The notes below the pieces were generated by a model. The model searched no databases, was not told the DNA's origin, and worked only from the letters and a program-made list of their open reading frames with translations. From Pelagomonas calceolata (taxonomy: Eukaryota): 64,000 bases of DNA. Location: NCBI GenBank assembly GCA_918797485.1, contig CAKKNE010000004.1, forward strand, positions 4,650,001 to 4,714,000. Direction: 5' to 3'. The first letter of the stretch is position 1. The number at the start of each line of letters is the position of its first letter. Shown here in pieces: positions 28,753 to 40,400 of this stretch. Position numbers and translations under genes: made by a program.

Positions 28753-29688
28753 TCACGCCCGCGCCTTGGCCCACGCCCTCTCACACGCTGGTTGGAGCAC
28801 GGCCATGAGCGCGCCGCCGCAGCCGAGGTGGAGCGACTTGAAGCCGACGCCCGCCCAGAGGCCCCGCGCGCCGCGCGCCGACACGACGGATCGTCCGGCC
28901 GCCAAAGCGTGCGCGAGGCCCGGCGCGCGCGTGACCGCTTCGCCGCCCGAGACCCAGGCACCGATGAGCTCCTTCTGCGCGACGGAGCGGCAGACGTCGA
29001 AGGGGCAGTTCGCCACGGCGCCGAGGACGCCGGCCCCGAGGCCCGCGCAGAACGTGGCCCCCGGCAGCGCGCCGAAGGCCTCCGCGAACGCCGGGCGCGA
29101 CGCGAAGTAGACGGCCGTCCAGACGGCCTGGCGGCACTGCAGCGCGCAGTAGCCCGCGTAGAGCGCCGCCGGGCCCGCCGCCGCCGTCAGCGCCGCCGCC
29201 GCCTTTTGCAACTGGTTGTCGAAGGCCGGCGCGGCCTTGAGCGCGTCGAGCTGCAGCGCGAGCTTGCCCGTCTCGAGGGGCGTGCAGAGCGCCATCTCGG
29301 GGAACGTCGCCAGCGCGCCCGCCGCGGCCCGCGACGCCGCCGAGCCGGCCGCCGGCGCGCGGTCGTAGAGCAGCCGGTGCGCCACGGGGAAGCCGCCGAA
29401 CTTGAGCACGCGCGAGAGCGTGCCCTTGGCGACCTCGGGCGCCAGGCCCTGGGAGAACTTGGCCACGGCGGCCCGCAGGCCCAGCTTCGCCGCGTCGGCA
29501 CTCGCTGCGGACGACATGCGCGCCGCGCGGAGGAAGTCGAGCGGGTACGTCGCCGTCGCCGTGATGGCGCTCGCGACCAGCAAAGGTGGGAGAACATCGA
29601 TGGCTCTGGGTGGCGGCTTGGCTTTTGATGATGTTTTTGCTGCGGATGCGTGCGCAAGGCAGGCGAAGACGAAGTGGCGGCGGCGCAT
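28753..29688 (-). CDS. Mitochondrial carrier family (SLC25) protein with signal-peptide-like N-terminus
   Basis: Three Px[DE]xx[KR] signatures: PLDFLR, PLETGK, PFDVCR. Start at ATG 29688 is inferred. Confidence 0.85.
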   Translation of the reverse strand: MRRRHFVFACLAHASAAKTSSKAKPPPRAIDVLPPLLVASAITATATYPLDFLRAARMSSAASADAAKLGLRAAVAKFSQGLAPEVAKGTLSRVLKFGGFPVAHRLLYDRAPAAGSAASRAAAGALATFPEMALCTPLETGKLALQLDALKAAPAFDNQLQKAAAALTAAAGPAALYAGYCALQCRQAVWTAVYFASRPAFAEAFGALPGATFCAGLGAGVLGAVANCPFDVCRSVAQKELIGAWVSGGEAVTRAPGLAHALAAGRSVVSARGARGLWAGVGFKSLHLGCGGALMAVLQPACERAWAKARA

Positions 29689-30099
29689 TGTTGCAGCAGT
29701 TGCAGCACCGCTCGCAGCGTTAGCTCGAAGCCTCGTTCGGCTGGTTCGGCTGTTCTTTTGCAAATAAGAATCGCTCTCCCTCAGCTCAGCAGAGTGCTGC
29801 ACCTCCTTTGGGCTAGAGCAGTTATCTAGCGTTTAGCCCCCAACCCGTTATCCTTTTATTGCTTAGCAGAGGATAAACTGAACGGGACGACCAGTCCCTC
29901 GTTTGGGCAGCAAGCTTTTGCTAGAGCTCGAGCTCCAGAGTTGATGCCTGCCAATCCGCGAGCCGACTTCAGCCGCTATAACTGGACTCAAGCATTCGTA
30001 TGGTTGCGCGAGTTTCGCATCTTGTCCTTCAATCAGTTTCTTCAACCGCATCCATCCGTGCGGCAAAAAGTGCTCGGCGCACACAGCTGCGGCAGGACG

Positions 30100-30192
30100 G
30101 GAGGAGCAACACAGCTTAAGCACGCGTGCAGCAGCACAGGTGGAACAACACAGCTTAAACACGCGTGCAGCAGCACAGGAGGACCAACACAC
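30100..30192 (+). repeat. 39-bp tandem repeat (~2.4 units) in the divergent promoter/5' UTR
   Basis: GGAGGAGCAACACAGCTTAAGCACGCGTGCAGCAGCACA at 30100, a variant at 30139 and a partial unit at 30178. Confidence 0.8.
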
Positions 30193-30214
30193 AGCAAGAA
30201 GCACAAAAACCACA

Positions 30215-31339
30215 ATGCCAGCAAAGGGGCGGAGGAGACGCGCCATCGCATGCCTCGCCGCCGCCGCGCCGACGACCAAGGCGTTGCGCCTCGGCGGGCT
30301 GCGCCGGCCGCGGCCGCCTCCGTCGATCCCGCGGGCCGGCGCCGAGACGGTGGCTGAACACATCGCCGAGGACCCGCGGCACACAGAGGCGATGCGCGAG
30401 GAGGTCGTCGTGTCGTCGGCGATGACGGCGCGCGAGTGCGTACGGCGCGTGCGGGAAGCGCCGGCGAGCTGGGGCCGGTCGGGCCGCGTCTGGGTGAACG
30501 GCCAGGACGGGCGCTTCGCCGGCTACGTCGGCGCGTCGCAGCTCTTGCTGGCCGAGCCGGACGCGTCGCTCGCGTTTCTCGCGAAGCCGCCGGAAGCCGT
30601 GCTGCGCGCGGACGAGGATTTAGATGATGCGCTGGCAAGGGTCGTAAACCGGGGCGGTAGCGGCGCGTTGCCCGTCGTCGACTCGAACGGCGCGCTCGTC
30701 GGCGCGCTCGCGCCGGGCGAGGTCATGGTCGAGCTCGAGCAGGCGGTGACCGAAGACGTCGCTCGCTACGCCGCCACGGGCGCGGGCGAGTCGTACTTCG
30801 GGTCGCGCATCCAAGACCTGGTCTGCGCGCGCGGCGCGTGGCTCGCGGCGCTGCTCGTGCTGCAGTCGGCCTCGTCCGTGGTCCTGGGCAAGTTCGAGGG
30901 CCTGCTGCAGCGGCACCTCGCCCTGGCCCTGTTCCTGACGATGCTGACGGGCACCGCGGGCAACGCGGGCAACCAGACCTCGGCGTTGGTTATCCGGGGC
31001 CTCGCGACGGGCGAAATTCGCGCCGGGCGCGACTGGCGGCGGGTGCTCTGGCGGGAGACGCGAGTGGCGCTGCCCCTCTCGATCGCGCTCGGCCTCGCGG
31101 CGTTCGGCCGGGTTGTGGCCGCCGTACCGGGAAGAATGGCGGTACGGACGGCTGGCGTCGTCGCTTTTGCCACGACGTCGACGATCCTCGCCGCGATTTT
31201 GGTGGGCGTCGGGGCGCCGCTGCTCCTGGACGCGGTCGGCGTAGACCCTTGCAACTGTGCTTCGCCGGCGCTGGCGACGGCGGTCGACCTCCTCGGCGTC
31301 GTGTTTCTCTGCGTCACGGGGCAGCGGTTCCTGAAATAA
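30215..31339 (+). CDS. mgtE: MgtE-type magnesium transporter (CBS pair plus MgtE membrane domain), probably plastid-targeted
   Basis: LPVVDSNGALVG CBS motif, EDVARYA, AGNAGNQTSALVIRGLA, DP...ASP...TAVDLLG; bipartite-like N-terminus. Confidence 0.85.
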   Translation: MPAKGRRRRAIACLAAAAPTTKALRLGGLRRPRPPPSIPRAGAETVAEHIAEDPRHTEAMREEVVVSSAMTARECVRRVREAPASWGRSGRVWVNGQDGRFAGYVGASQLLLAEPDASLAFLAKPPEAVLRADEDLDDALARVVNRGGSGALPVVDSNGALVGALAPGEVMVELEQAVTEDVARYAATGAGESYFGSRIQDLVCARGAWLAALLVLQSASSVVLGKFEGLLQRHLALALFLTMLTGTAGNAGNQTSALVIRGLATGEIRAGRDWRRVLWRETRVALPLSIALGLAAFGRVVAAVPGRMAVRTAGVVAFATTSTILAAILVGVGAPLLLDAVGVDPCNCASPALATAVDLLGVVFLCVTGQRFLK

Positions 31340-31468
31340 AATACTACAGTAGATTTAGCCCCCGCGGCTAGGCGGCCTAGCTTTAAGCAAAGATTTATTG
31401 GCGCTCCCCTGCGTGGCGGGCACTACTGGCAAGTCCACTAGCACTGTTTACTAGTAGTAGGTTTAGGC

Positions 31469-34400
31469 TCAGAGCTCGTGCCGCGCGTGCGCATAGCCGT
31501 GCTCGGCGCGCTTCTTCGCCTCTCGCGTCTTTTCATCCGAGCGGGCAATGTGGTCTTTTGCGTCGGATATGTCCTTCTTGCGTCTCTCCGCGGCTCGCTC
31601 GGTGTGCCAGGCGATGCGCCGGTGCACGCGCGCGGTGGCGTTCCAGAACGCCCCGACTGCCCTTGACCGGCGCTGGAAAATGATCCTCGGCTTCGAGGCC
31701 GAGCGCGGCACGGCGGCGGTGACGTTTGGGGGCTCGGGCGGCGGCCCGCCCTCGACGACGACCTCCGCCGTGATAGAGTTGGTCTGGATGGTCGAGAAGG
31801 CGGAGCTTGAATTCGTCCCGTTCCCGGTAAAGTTGGCGGCAGCACTTTCTATGGCACTGTCCACGTCGGTGGGCGTCGCCTCCGAGAGGCTTTCGCTCGC
31901 CCACGTCGCGCTCGCCGCGTCGACCGTGATCGTGTACTCCACGTTGACGCCTCCAGAGAGCCGGCGCCGACCGCTCGCAACGTCCTCCGCCAAACCGCGG
32001 CGGCTGTCGGCCGCGACAGCCATCGCCGCGGCTATCTCCACAGCGAGTCGGCGCCTCGCCGCCGTGATGAGAACAGTGACCTTTTCCTCGGAAACCCCTG
32101 CAATCGCCGCAATCGCAACCACGAAGACGTCTTTGTATTCGAGCGCCACGTCGAGGCTTATACCTTCCACTTTGAGCTGGCCGCTGACGTAGACTGCAGT
32201 CGGATAGGACGTAGGTACCGCCGACGGCATCGATGTCGTCGGTACGGATGACGGTAATGCCGTCGACGGGCTAGGCGTCGGCCGAGGTGATGGCCCGGGC
32301 GTTGGTGAATCGCTCGGTCGAGGTGTCGGCGTTGGCGTGGGTCGCGGCGTCGGCGAGAACACCGGCGAAGCCGTGGGGTTGCCAGGAATCGCCGTCGGCG
32401 CGGGCGTGGGCTTCGGCGTCGGCCGTGGGGTCGGTTGACCCGAAGGAGCGGGTATCGGCACCGCCGTGGGCATCGCGGACGGTTTCGAGGTCGGGACCGG
32501 AGATGGTACTTCGCTGGGCGGTGTCGTCGGAACCGCGGTAGTGGGGAGCGCTGATGGTGCCGGACTCGGCGGCGTCGTTGGGACCGGGCTGGGCACTGAA
32601 GTTGGAACGGGCGTCGAGATGAAAAAAGCCACCTCCGCCTCCGCGACCTCCTCCAGCGTAGCATTGACCTGTGTGGAAATCAACCAGTGCGTCAGGTGCA
32701 CCCGACAATTCTTCACTAAGTCATTTCTCAGCGATGGCGTGGCCGCGCTTGCTCCGTCGGGCGGTGAGGAACTGGGATGCCCACGCCATCGAGCAGGCGT
32801 CGCGTCGATGGCGTGGAGGACGACGATGTGATTCAGCACGAACGCGTCGTAAAATTTTGATTTCCACACAGGCATTGACGTCTACGGATACGCCGTCCAG
32901 CGCATCGAGACGTCGGCCAGACGTTGTCGCGGCCGTCTCGTTGGCCACAGCAGACACCAGCGTCTCTAGGAATTTCCCGTTGCTCACCGCCGTGGTCAGG
33001 TAGTCCGCCGCCTCGTCCAAAACTCCGGCAGCCACCGCGGACGCGTTTTCGGTGCCGTCAATGCGAGCGACTCCGGTATAGGAGATCCCACTGCCTTCAT
33101 CCTCGTCCAGGCGCCGCCCGGCGCTGCTAGCAGTCTGCGCCTTCCCGCGCAGCGCGCGCACGGCCGCCCGCTTTGCCTCGCCGAGGCGCCGCACGGTCCA
33201 CCCGGGCGGCGGCCACTCCGTCGCGCGCCGGCGCCCGGCGGCCCCAGCTTCAATATCGGTCACGTCGGTCAGGTGCGGGCAGAGCCGAAGGATGGTCAGG
33301 GCGAAGGCCCTCCTGAGCATTTCGTTCGCGTTGAACGCGCCCGAGTTCAAGCCGAGGAGCCGCACGCCCGAGGCGACCTGGACCACGGTCTGGATCGGCG
33401 TCGGCAGCGGCGACGGGAGGGGCGACGGCACCATCGTCGGCACGGGCGAGGGAGCCGCCGTGGTCGGCGACGGCGTCGGGACCAGCGTCGGGTGGGACGT
33501 AGGCACCGCCGTGGTCGGCGACGGCGTCGGCACGAGCGTCGGCTGCGGGCTCGGCGCGGCGGTCGTCGGCGCGGCGGTCGTGGGCCCGGGCGTCGGGAGC
33601 AGCGACGGCGCGAGCGTCGGCTCGGCCGTCGGCGCCGCGGAGGGCCGCGCCGACGGCGCGCAGCCGCCGGGGCCCTGCGCGACGCCGCAGGACGTCGCCT
33701 CGCAGGGCGTGCCGTCGAACGCGAGGTTCAGCCGGACGTGCGTGTCGAAGCACCAGCCGAGGTCCTGGTCGAAGGCCGCGGCGTCGCGGAACATGAGCGG
33801 CATCTTCGTCAGCGCGTCGAGCGACCAGTTCCCCAGCGGCCGGTTGAAGCTGGCGGCCTTCATGAACATGCCCGCCGTCGTCTCGACGCGCGTCGGGGCC
33901 CAGCCGTCGAGCTCCCCGTCGAAGGCGTCCGCGCCGCGGAACATCCACGACATGTCCGTGACGTTCTCCACGCGCCAGCGGTCGAGGGGCTGGTTGAAGC
34001 TCGTCGCCGCCGCGAACATGCGCGCCGTGCTCGTGACTTTGTCAACTCGCCAGCCGTTGAGCGGCTGGTTGAACGCCGCGGCGCCGGCGAACATGCGCTC
34101 CATGTCCGTGACCGCGCCGACGGCCCAGCCGTCGAGGGGCCGGTCGAAGGCCAGGGCGCCGGTGAACATCGAGCGCGTGCTCGCGACGCGGTCCACGCGC
34201 CAGGCGCCGACGTCGCGGTTGAAGGCCGCGGCGCCGTCGAACATGTTCTGCATGGCCGTGACGGCGGAGGTGTCCCACGCGCCGACGTCGTCGTTGAAAA
34301 GAGCGGCCTGGGCATGGCGGTGGTCGCACCACGACGCGCAGAACAGCTCGCTCATGTCCGTGACCAGGTGCGTGTCCCACGTCGCGATGTCGCCGTACCG

Positions 34401-37400
34401 GCAGACGGCGACGCGGCGGGCCTCGGTCAACCAGGCCGCGACGGCCGCGCGGAGGCTCGTGTCGTTCATCACCGGCCCGAGGTGCGCGACGCCGCTGCAG
34501 TCCAGCACCGTGGGCGCCGCCGTGACCGTGGGCGCCGGCGATGGCGCGCGGGACGGCGAGCCCGTGTCGTCGTCGAAGCCGGGAAAGTTCGCGTAGCTGT
34601 ACGAATAGCTGAACGACGGGCACTCCTCCGGTACCGCCGTCCCTTCGCGTGTGATCAGGTAGCTTTCGTCGTCGCCGACGTCCTCCATGCACTGGCAGTC
34701 GTTCTGACAATAGCACTCGCCGTCCCCCCAGTCGATGGCCACAAGATCGTCGCCGTGCGCGTCCTCACACATCGTCCAGCAGTCGCCCGGCGAGGTGGAA
34801 CAACCAATGAGCCTATCCAGATCGCTGTAGCACCAGCCCATCGACGAACCATGCGGAATCGATCCGTCGGTTGCCCAGCCGAGGTCGTCCGCCACCGTGA
34901 CGTTGCTGCAGTCAGGGCACATTTCTACCGTGAAATTGCCCTTGAACGCCATCGGTCCGAAGGAATGGCACTGTATCTCTCCCCCCGCAGACGCGCACGA
35001 GTCGGGGTCTTCGCACTCGCAATGGCTCCAGTCGGAGCCCGAGTAGTAATCGCATCCGTGCGCGGCGCAATCCTCCTCGGACATCAACCAGGGCTGGAAA
35101 TTGTCCGTGTCTCCGCACCAGCACCAATCGTCTGCGTCATCGACGCATTCGCACTGCTCGAAACATATGCAAGCTCCGTGGTCGGTGTCCCAGGCCATGG
35201 CGTCGTAGCCCGCAGCGTCGCAGGCCTCGATGCACGCCTCGCGCGAGGGCATGTAACCGACCTCATGATCGTCTTTTGAGTCGTCGCAGGCGCCCGCGGG
35301 GCCGGTTCGCCAGTGATCGGCCGCCGTGGGCGCAGGCGTGACGGTCGGCGCTGTCGAGACCGTGGGCGCGGTCGACGGCGTGGCCCCACCGCACGCGCGG
35401 AAGACCGGGCCGGCCGGGCTCGCGGGGTCCAGAAGGACGAGCATATTCGGTTCCGGGCCCACGAACCAGTCCCAGCAAGTGGCCGTGGTGAAGTCGCCCC
35501 AGCCAAGAACGAGGTGCGGGGCATCATGCGGCGAAATTGTCCCGTCGCCGTTGACGACCCAGCTCCCGGGGGAGCCCACATTCCCGAGCGCTATCGCTCT
35601 GGCCCCCGGCGCATAGTCTTGGCAGTTCACGTGCAGACCGACGTTGATGAGGAAATCCTCCTCGATGTGCGGTGGCCGCGTCGCGTCCGTAGTCCACTCG
35701 TCCGGCATCTCCGGGAAACTTATGCCCCCGTCCGTGCTGCTATGAAGCATCTTCGTGCCCTCCGTCGGGTCCACGGCGAAGAAGTGGTTGCTGTGCACGT
35801 TTCCGCCCTCATCGGGGTGGTAGTTTCTGTCGGCATCATTCAAGCCCACCGAGAACTCCACGCCATTTGACTCCGCCACCAGGTAGAACTCCTGGCCGGC
35901 GATGTACTGGCAGTGAGCGGGCATGCCGTCGCCGCAGTCGTCGTACCAGCACTCCTCCACCGCCTGCTCGACGCCGTCGTAGTAGTAGGTCGCCGTGACG
36001 CCCTGGCCGTAGCTGTACGAGTAGCTGTGCGAGTACGAGTACGAGTACGAACCATCAGGACCGTGTAGCTTGCAAGTGATCAGGCCGCCCGTGGCCGCCG
36101 TGAGGTCGTACATCGCGCAGTCGCCGCACGAGGCGCAGCCCTCGCCGCTCATCACCGTCCCGTCGTCGAGGCACTTCACGGAGTGCCAGCCCGGGGTACA
36201 CTCATCGTCCTCGTCCACGTCCACGTCGCAGTCGACGGCAAGCGCGTAGTTGCCCGCCGCGCCCGCGTCGCGCTCTTGGTCGGTGTCGCAGTCCCCCCTG
36301 TCTGAGTAGCCGGTGACCTGAAGCACGTACGTTTCGCCGGCCTGGAGCCGCTGGGAGGTCCAGACGTCCTCGAGGTTCCCGCGGCTACCGGTGCTCTCGC
36401 AGATTTCCTGGCCAGGGTCGTCCCAATCGCCGATGAGCTCCACTTCGCCAGCGTGCGGCGCGGGCGATCGGAGGCAGGTGTCCGCCTCGTGGTCGACGAC
36501 GTCGTAGAGGTAGAGCATGGTGTCGTAGTCGGAGCCGCAGGTCGAAAAGTGGTAGTAGGCCGTCTCGGAGGGCGTGATCAAATAGAAGTGGTCGGGCGCG
36601 TCGTTGCCCGAGAGCCAGTGCACCGCGTTCCTCGTGGACCCATATTTAGTCTCACCGCACGCGATATTGTCGACGACGACGGCGCCGGTGAGCGTTGGCG
36701 GGACCGACGGCAGGGATGTCGTGGGTAGCGCGGTCGTGGGGGTCAGCGTTGGCGCCGGCGTGACCGTCGGCGCCGCCGAGACCGTCGGTGCGGGCGACGG
36801 CGCGTCCGTCGGGGTGGCGTGGCCGTAGAGCTGGAGCGTCCACGACACCAAAATGCCCGCTGGACTCGTCTCGTGGGAATGGTCCGAGTACGAGTACGAG
36901 TACGAGTACGAGTCCTGCCCGTCGAGTCGTCGTCGTCCGCCATCGCCCGACCGTCGATCCGCTACGCGGAGCGTGAACGCCCCGGCGTCTGCGGATTCGC
37001 CCCAGTGGCGCAATGTCGTGTACTTGTGATGCGTATAGCTCGTGCCGTGCTCGAGCTTGTCGTCCGTGAGTAACGACGAAACGCCGTTCCGCTCGAGCTC
37101 GATCCTCAGGTCGCCGCGGCGCGGGTGTTCTATAGTCACGTAGACCGCGATCGTTTCGATCACGAAGTCCACCGCGCCGGAAAACTCCGCGGCCGTCGAC
37201 TCGACCCAGTGCTCGGCGCCGTCGTAATCGAGCAACGCCTCGCCGCTCGTCGTCGCGTTGATCACGCTCCTCTCGGCGCCCCACGTCGCCCAGGTCGCCG
37301 CGCGCTCGACGGCGGCAAGCGCGTCGACGAGCCCAAAGCCGTACTTGTAGCTGTGCTTGACGCCCGCCACGTTCGTGGTCCACTGGCCGGTCTCGTCGTC

Positions 37401-40400
37401 CTCGTCGTTGAAGTCAATCCGCGCGGTCGCGGCCAGGACCCCCTGGACGTCGCGCCAAGATAGGCTAGGGTTCGCCTCCAGCACCAGCGCGACGACGCCG
37501 GAGACCAGCGGACACGCGTACGACGTGCCGACTCCGGCGTCGCCGCAGTTGTCGACGGCGCCGTGGGCGAGCGGCAGCGCGGCGAACAGCCCGTGGTAGT
37601 TCTCCCAGTCGCCGCCGGGCGCGCTGATGAAGACGGGCGCGCCGCTCGACGAGTATCGCGCGTGCTTGAGGTCACGGCCGAGCGCGCCCACCGAAATGGT
37701 GAATCGGGAATTCAGGTAACCTTCGTAGTTCACGTCGTCGCCGATTTGGTACTCGTTGCCCGCGGCGAACACAAAGACCATACCTAGACCCTTGCGGCCC
37801 GCCGTCGCGCCCTCGACGAGCTTGTCGTGCGCCGCGGTCGAGAGCTGGCCGTAGCCGCACTGGACGAAGTAGTGATCTAATTCTAGACAGGGCGTCACGT
37901 CGTCCTCGAAGAAGTCGGCGCAGTAGGTGACGACGGCCTGCTCGCACGATGCCGAGAGGTCCCGCGACGCCCATTCGTCAGCGGCGCACGTGGCGCACGG
38001 GCAGTACTCGTTCGCCGCGGGGCACGCGAACGGGCAGTCCGCCGAGTAGGCGGTGCGCCAGCAATGGTCGATGCCCCAGCTGTTCGACGAGATGTCGTTG
38101 GCGTCGGAGGCCCAGGCGAGGTAGTCCTCGCCGTAGGCCTGGGACGCGACTGGACCGCCCGAGCTCGAAAAGAGGACGCACGACGCCAGGCCCGCATTTG
38201 GCGCCGCACCTACTCCACAATGCGAGTTCGAGTCGCCGGCCGCCAGCGACGCGCAGACCGTCCCGTGCGCGTCCCCGCCGGAGGGCTTGTAGACGTCACA
38301 CGAGTTGGCCACGTCGAGCTTCGCCAGGTCCGGGTGCGTGTTGTCGACGCCTTCGTCGTTGATGAGGATCTGGACCCCGGTACCCGTGTAGCCCGCGGCC
38401 CATGCCTCGGGCGCGCGGATTGCTCCGAGGTACCACTGGGCCTCGTAATACGGGTCCGGCACGGGGTCGTCGCGCGGCGGACACGTCGTTACGTAATCAT
38501 CGACGTCACAGGTCACTGCGGTGTGTCCCTGGTCCCAAAGGTCGCTTTTCGTTGGAATGTTGTCGGCAGCGGCACAGATCAGATCCGCAGCGCACCAAGC
38601 GCAGCCATCGCCGCACGCGGAACAGGCCATCGCCGCCGCGCAGTTGTCGCCGGGGGCGTCGTCGTCCCCGTCCTCGTCCTCGTCGCCTTCGCACTCCTGC
38701 GGCAGCGCGGCGAACGAGTCGCGCGTGATAAGGTAGCTTTCGTCGTCGCCGACGTCCTCCATGCACTGGCAGTCGTTCTGACAATAGCACTCGCCGTCCC
38801 CCCAGTCGATGGCCACAAGATCGTCGCCGTACGCGTCCTCGCACATCGCCCAGCAGTCGCCCGGCGACGCCGTGCAGCCAATGTCATCATCCAGCTCGCT
38901 GTAGCACCAGCCCATCGACGAACCATGCGGAATCGATCCGTCGGGTGCCCAGCCGAGGTCGTCCGCCACCGTGAAGTTGCTGCAGTCGATGCACATTTCT
39001 ACCGTGAAATTGCCCTTGAACGCCATCGGTGCGAAGGAATGGCATTGTGGCTCTCCCCCGGCGGACGCGCACGAGTCGGGGTCTTCGCACTCGCACCAGC
39101 TCCAATAATCCTCAACCTCGTATTCGCATCCGTGCGCGGCGCACTCGCTCTCGGACATCATCCAGGGCTCGAACCCGTCCTTGCCTTCGCACCAGCACTC
39201 GTCTGTGTAGACGCACTCGCACTGGTCCTGCATGAAGCAAACGCAATTCTTCTCGTTCGTGTCCCAGGCCATGGCGTCGTAGCCCGCCGCGTCGCAGGCC
39301 TCGATGCACGCCTCGCGCGAGGGCATGTAACCGAGCCAATGTTCGTCATCTGCGTCGCAGGCGCCCGCGGGGCCGGTCCGCCAGTGCTCGGCCGCCGTGG
39401 GTATGGCGGTGACCGTCGGCGCCGCTGTGATCGTCGGCGCGGGACTGGGATACATCCCGCCCGGGCAGCACGTCTCCGCGTCGTCGCCCATTGCGTGGAG
39501 GGCGGCGTCGCCCTCGGGATAGGGTTCTCTACCCACCGAGGCGCACTTGGAGTATCCGTCGCGATCGGCGCCCCAGGCGTGGTCCCCGCACGAACCGGAG
39601 CGATAACTGGTCGCGCTCGGGCAGCACGTGTACTCGGAGTCATGCTCAGGCGGGTTCGGCGGCGACGGAAAGTAGCCGTTTGAGCAGGTCGCCGGCTCGC
39701 CCCAGTCCATCGAGGCGTAGCAGTCGTCGCCCATGGACGTGCAGTAGTCCTGGCGACAGCCGTTCGCCCACCTCCAGTCCTCGTCCTCGTCCTCCGAGCA
39801 GTCGTCGTACCAGCACTCCTCCACCGCCTGCTCGGCGCCGTCGTAGTAGTAGGTCGCCATGACGCCCTGGCCGTAGCTGTACGAGAAGCTGTGCGAGTGC
39901 GAGTACGAGTACGAACCATCGGGGCCGTGCAGCTCGCAGGTGGCTCGGCCGCCAGTGGCCGTAGTGTAGTCGTACATCGCGCAGTCGCCGCACGAGGTGC
40001 AGCCCTCGCCACGCATCACCGTCCCGTCGTCGAGGCACTTCACGGAGTGCCAGCCCGGGGTGCAGTGGTCCTCGTCTTCGTCCGCGTCCTCGTCCTCGTC
40101 GCCTTCGCACTCCTGCGGCAGCGCGGCGAACGAGTCGCGCGTGATCAGGTAGCTTTCTTCGTCACCAACTTCCGCCATGCACAGGCAGTCGTTCTGACAA
40201 TAGCACTCGCCATCCTCGTTCCAGTCGATGGCCACGAGGTCGTCGATGTAGGGATCGTCCTCGCACATCGCCCAGCAGTCGCCCGGCGACGCCGTGCAGC
40301 CAATGAGCTTATCCAGCTCGCTGTAGCACCAGCCCATCGACGAACCATGCGGAATCGATCCGTCGGGTGCCCAGCCGAGGTCGTCCGCCATGGTGACGTT

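Noticed and set aside
28433..29110. ORF-track extension of the TGS1 ORF to 29110, overlapping the carrier gene
   Set aside because: Artefact of reading through the introner; the spliced frame stops at 28719.
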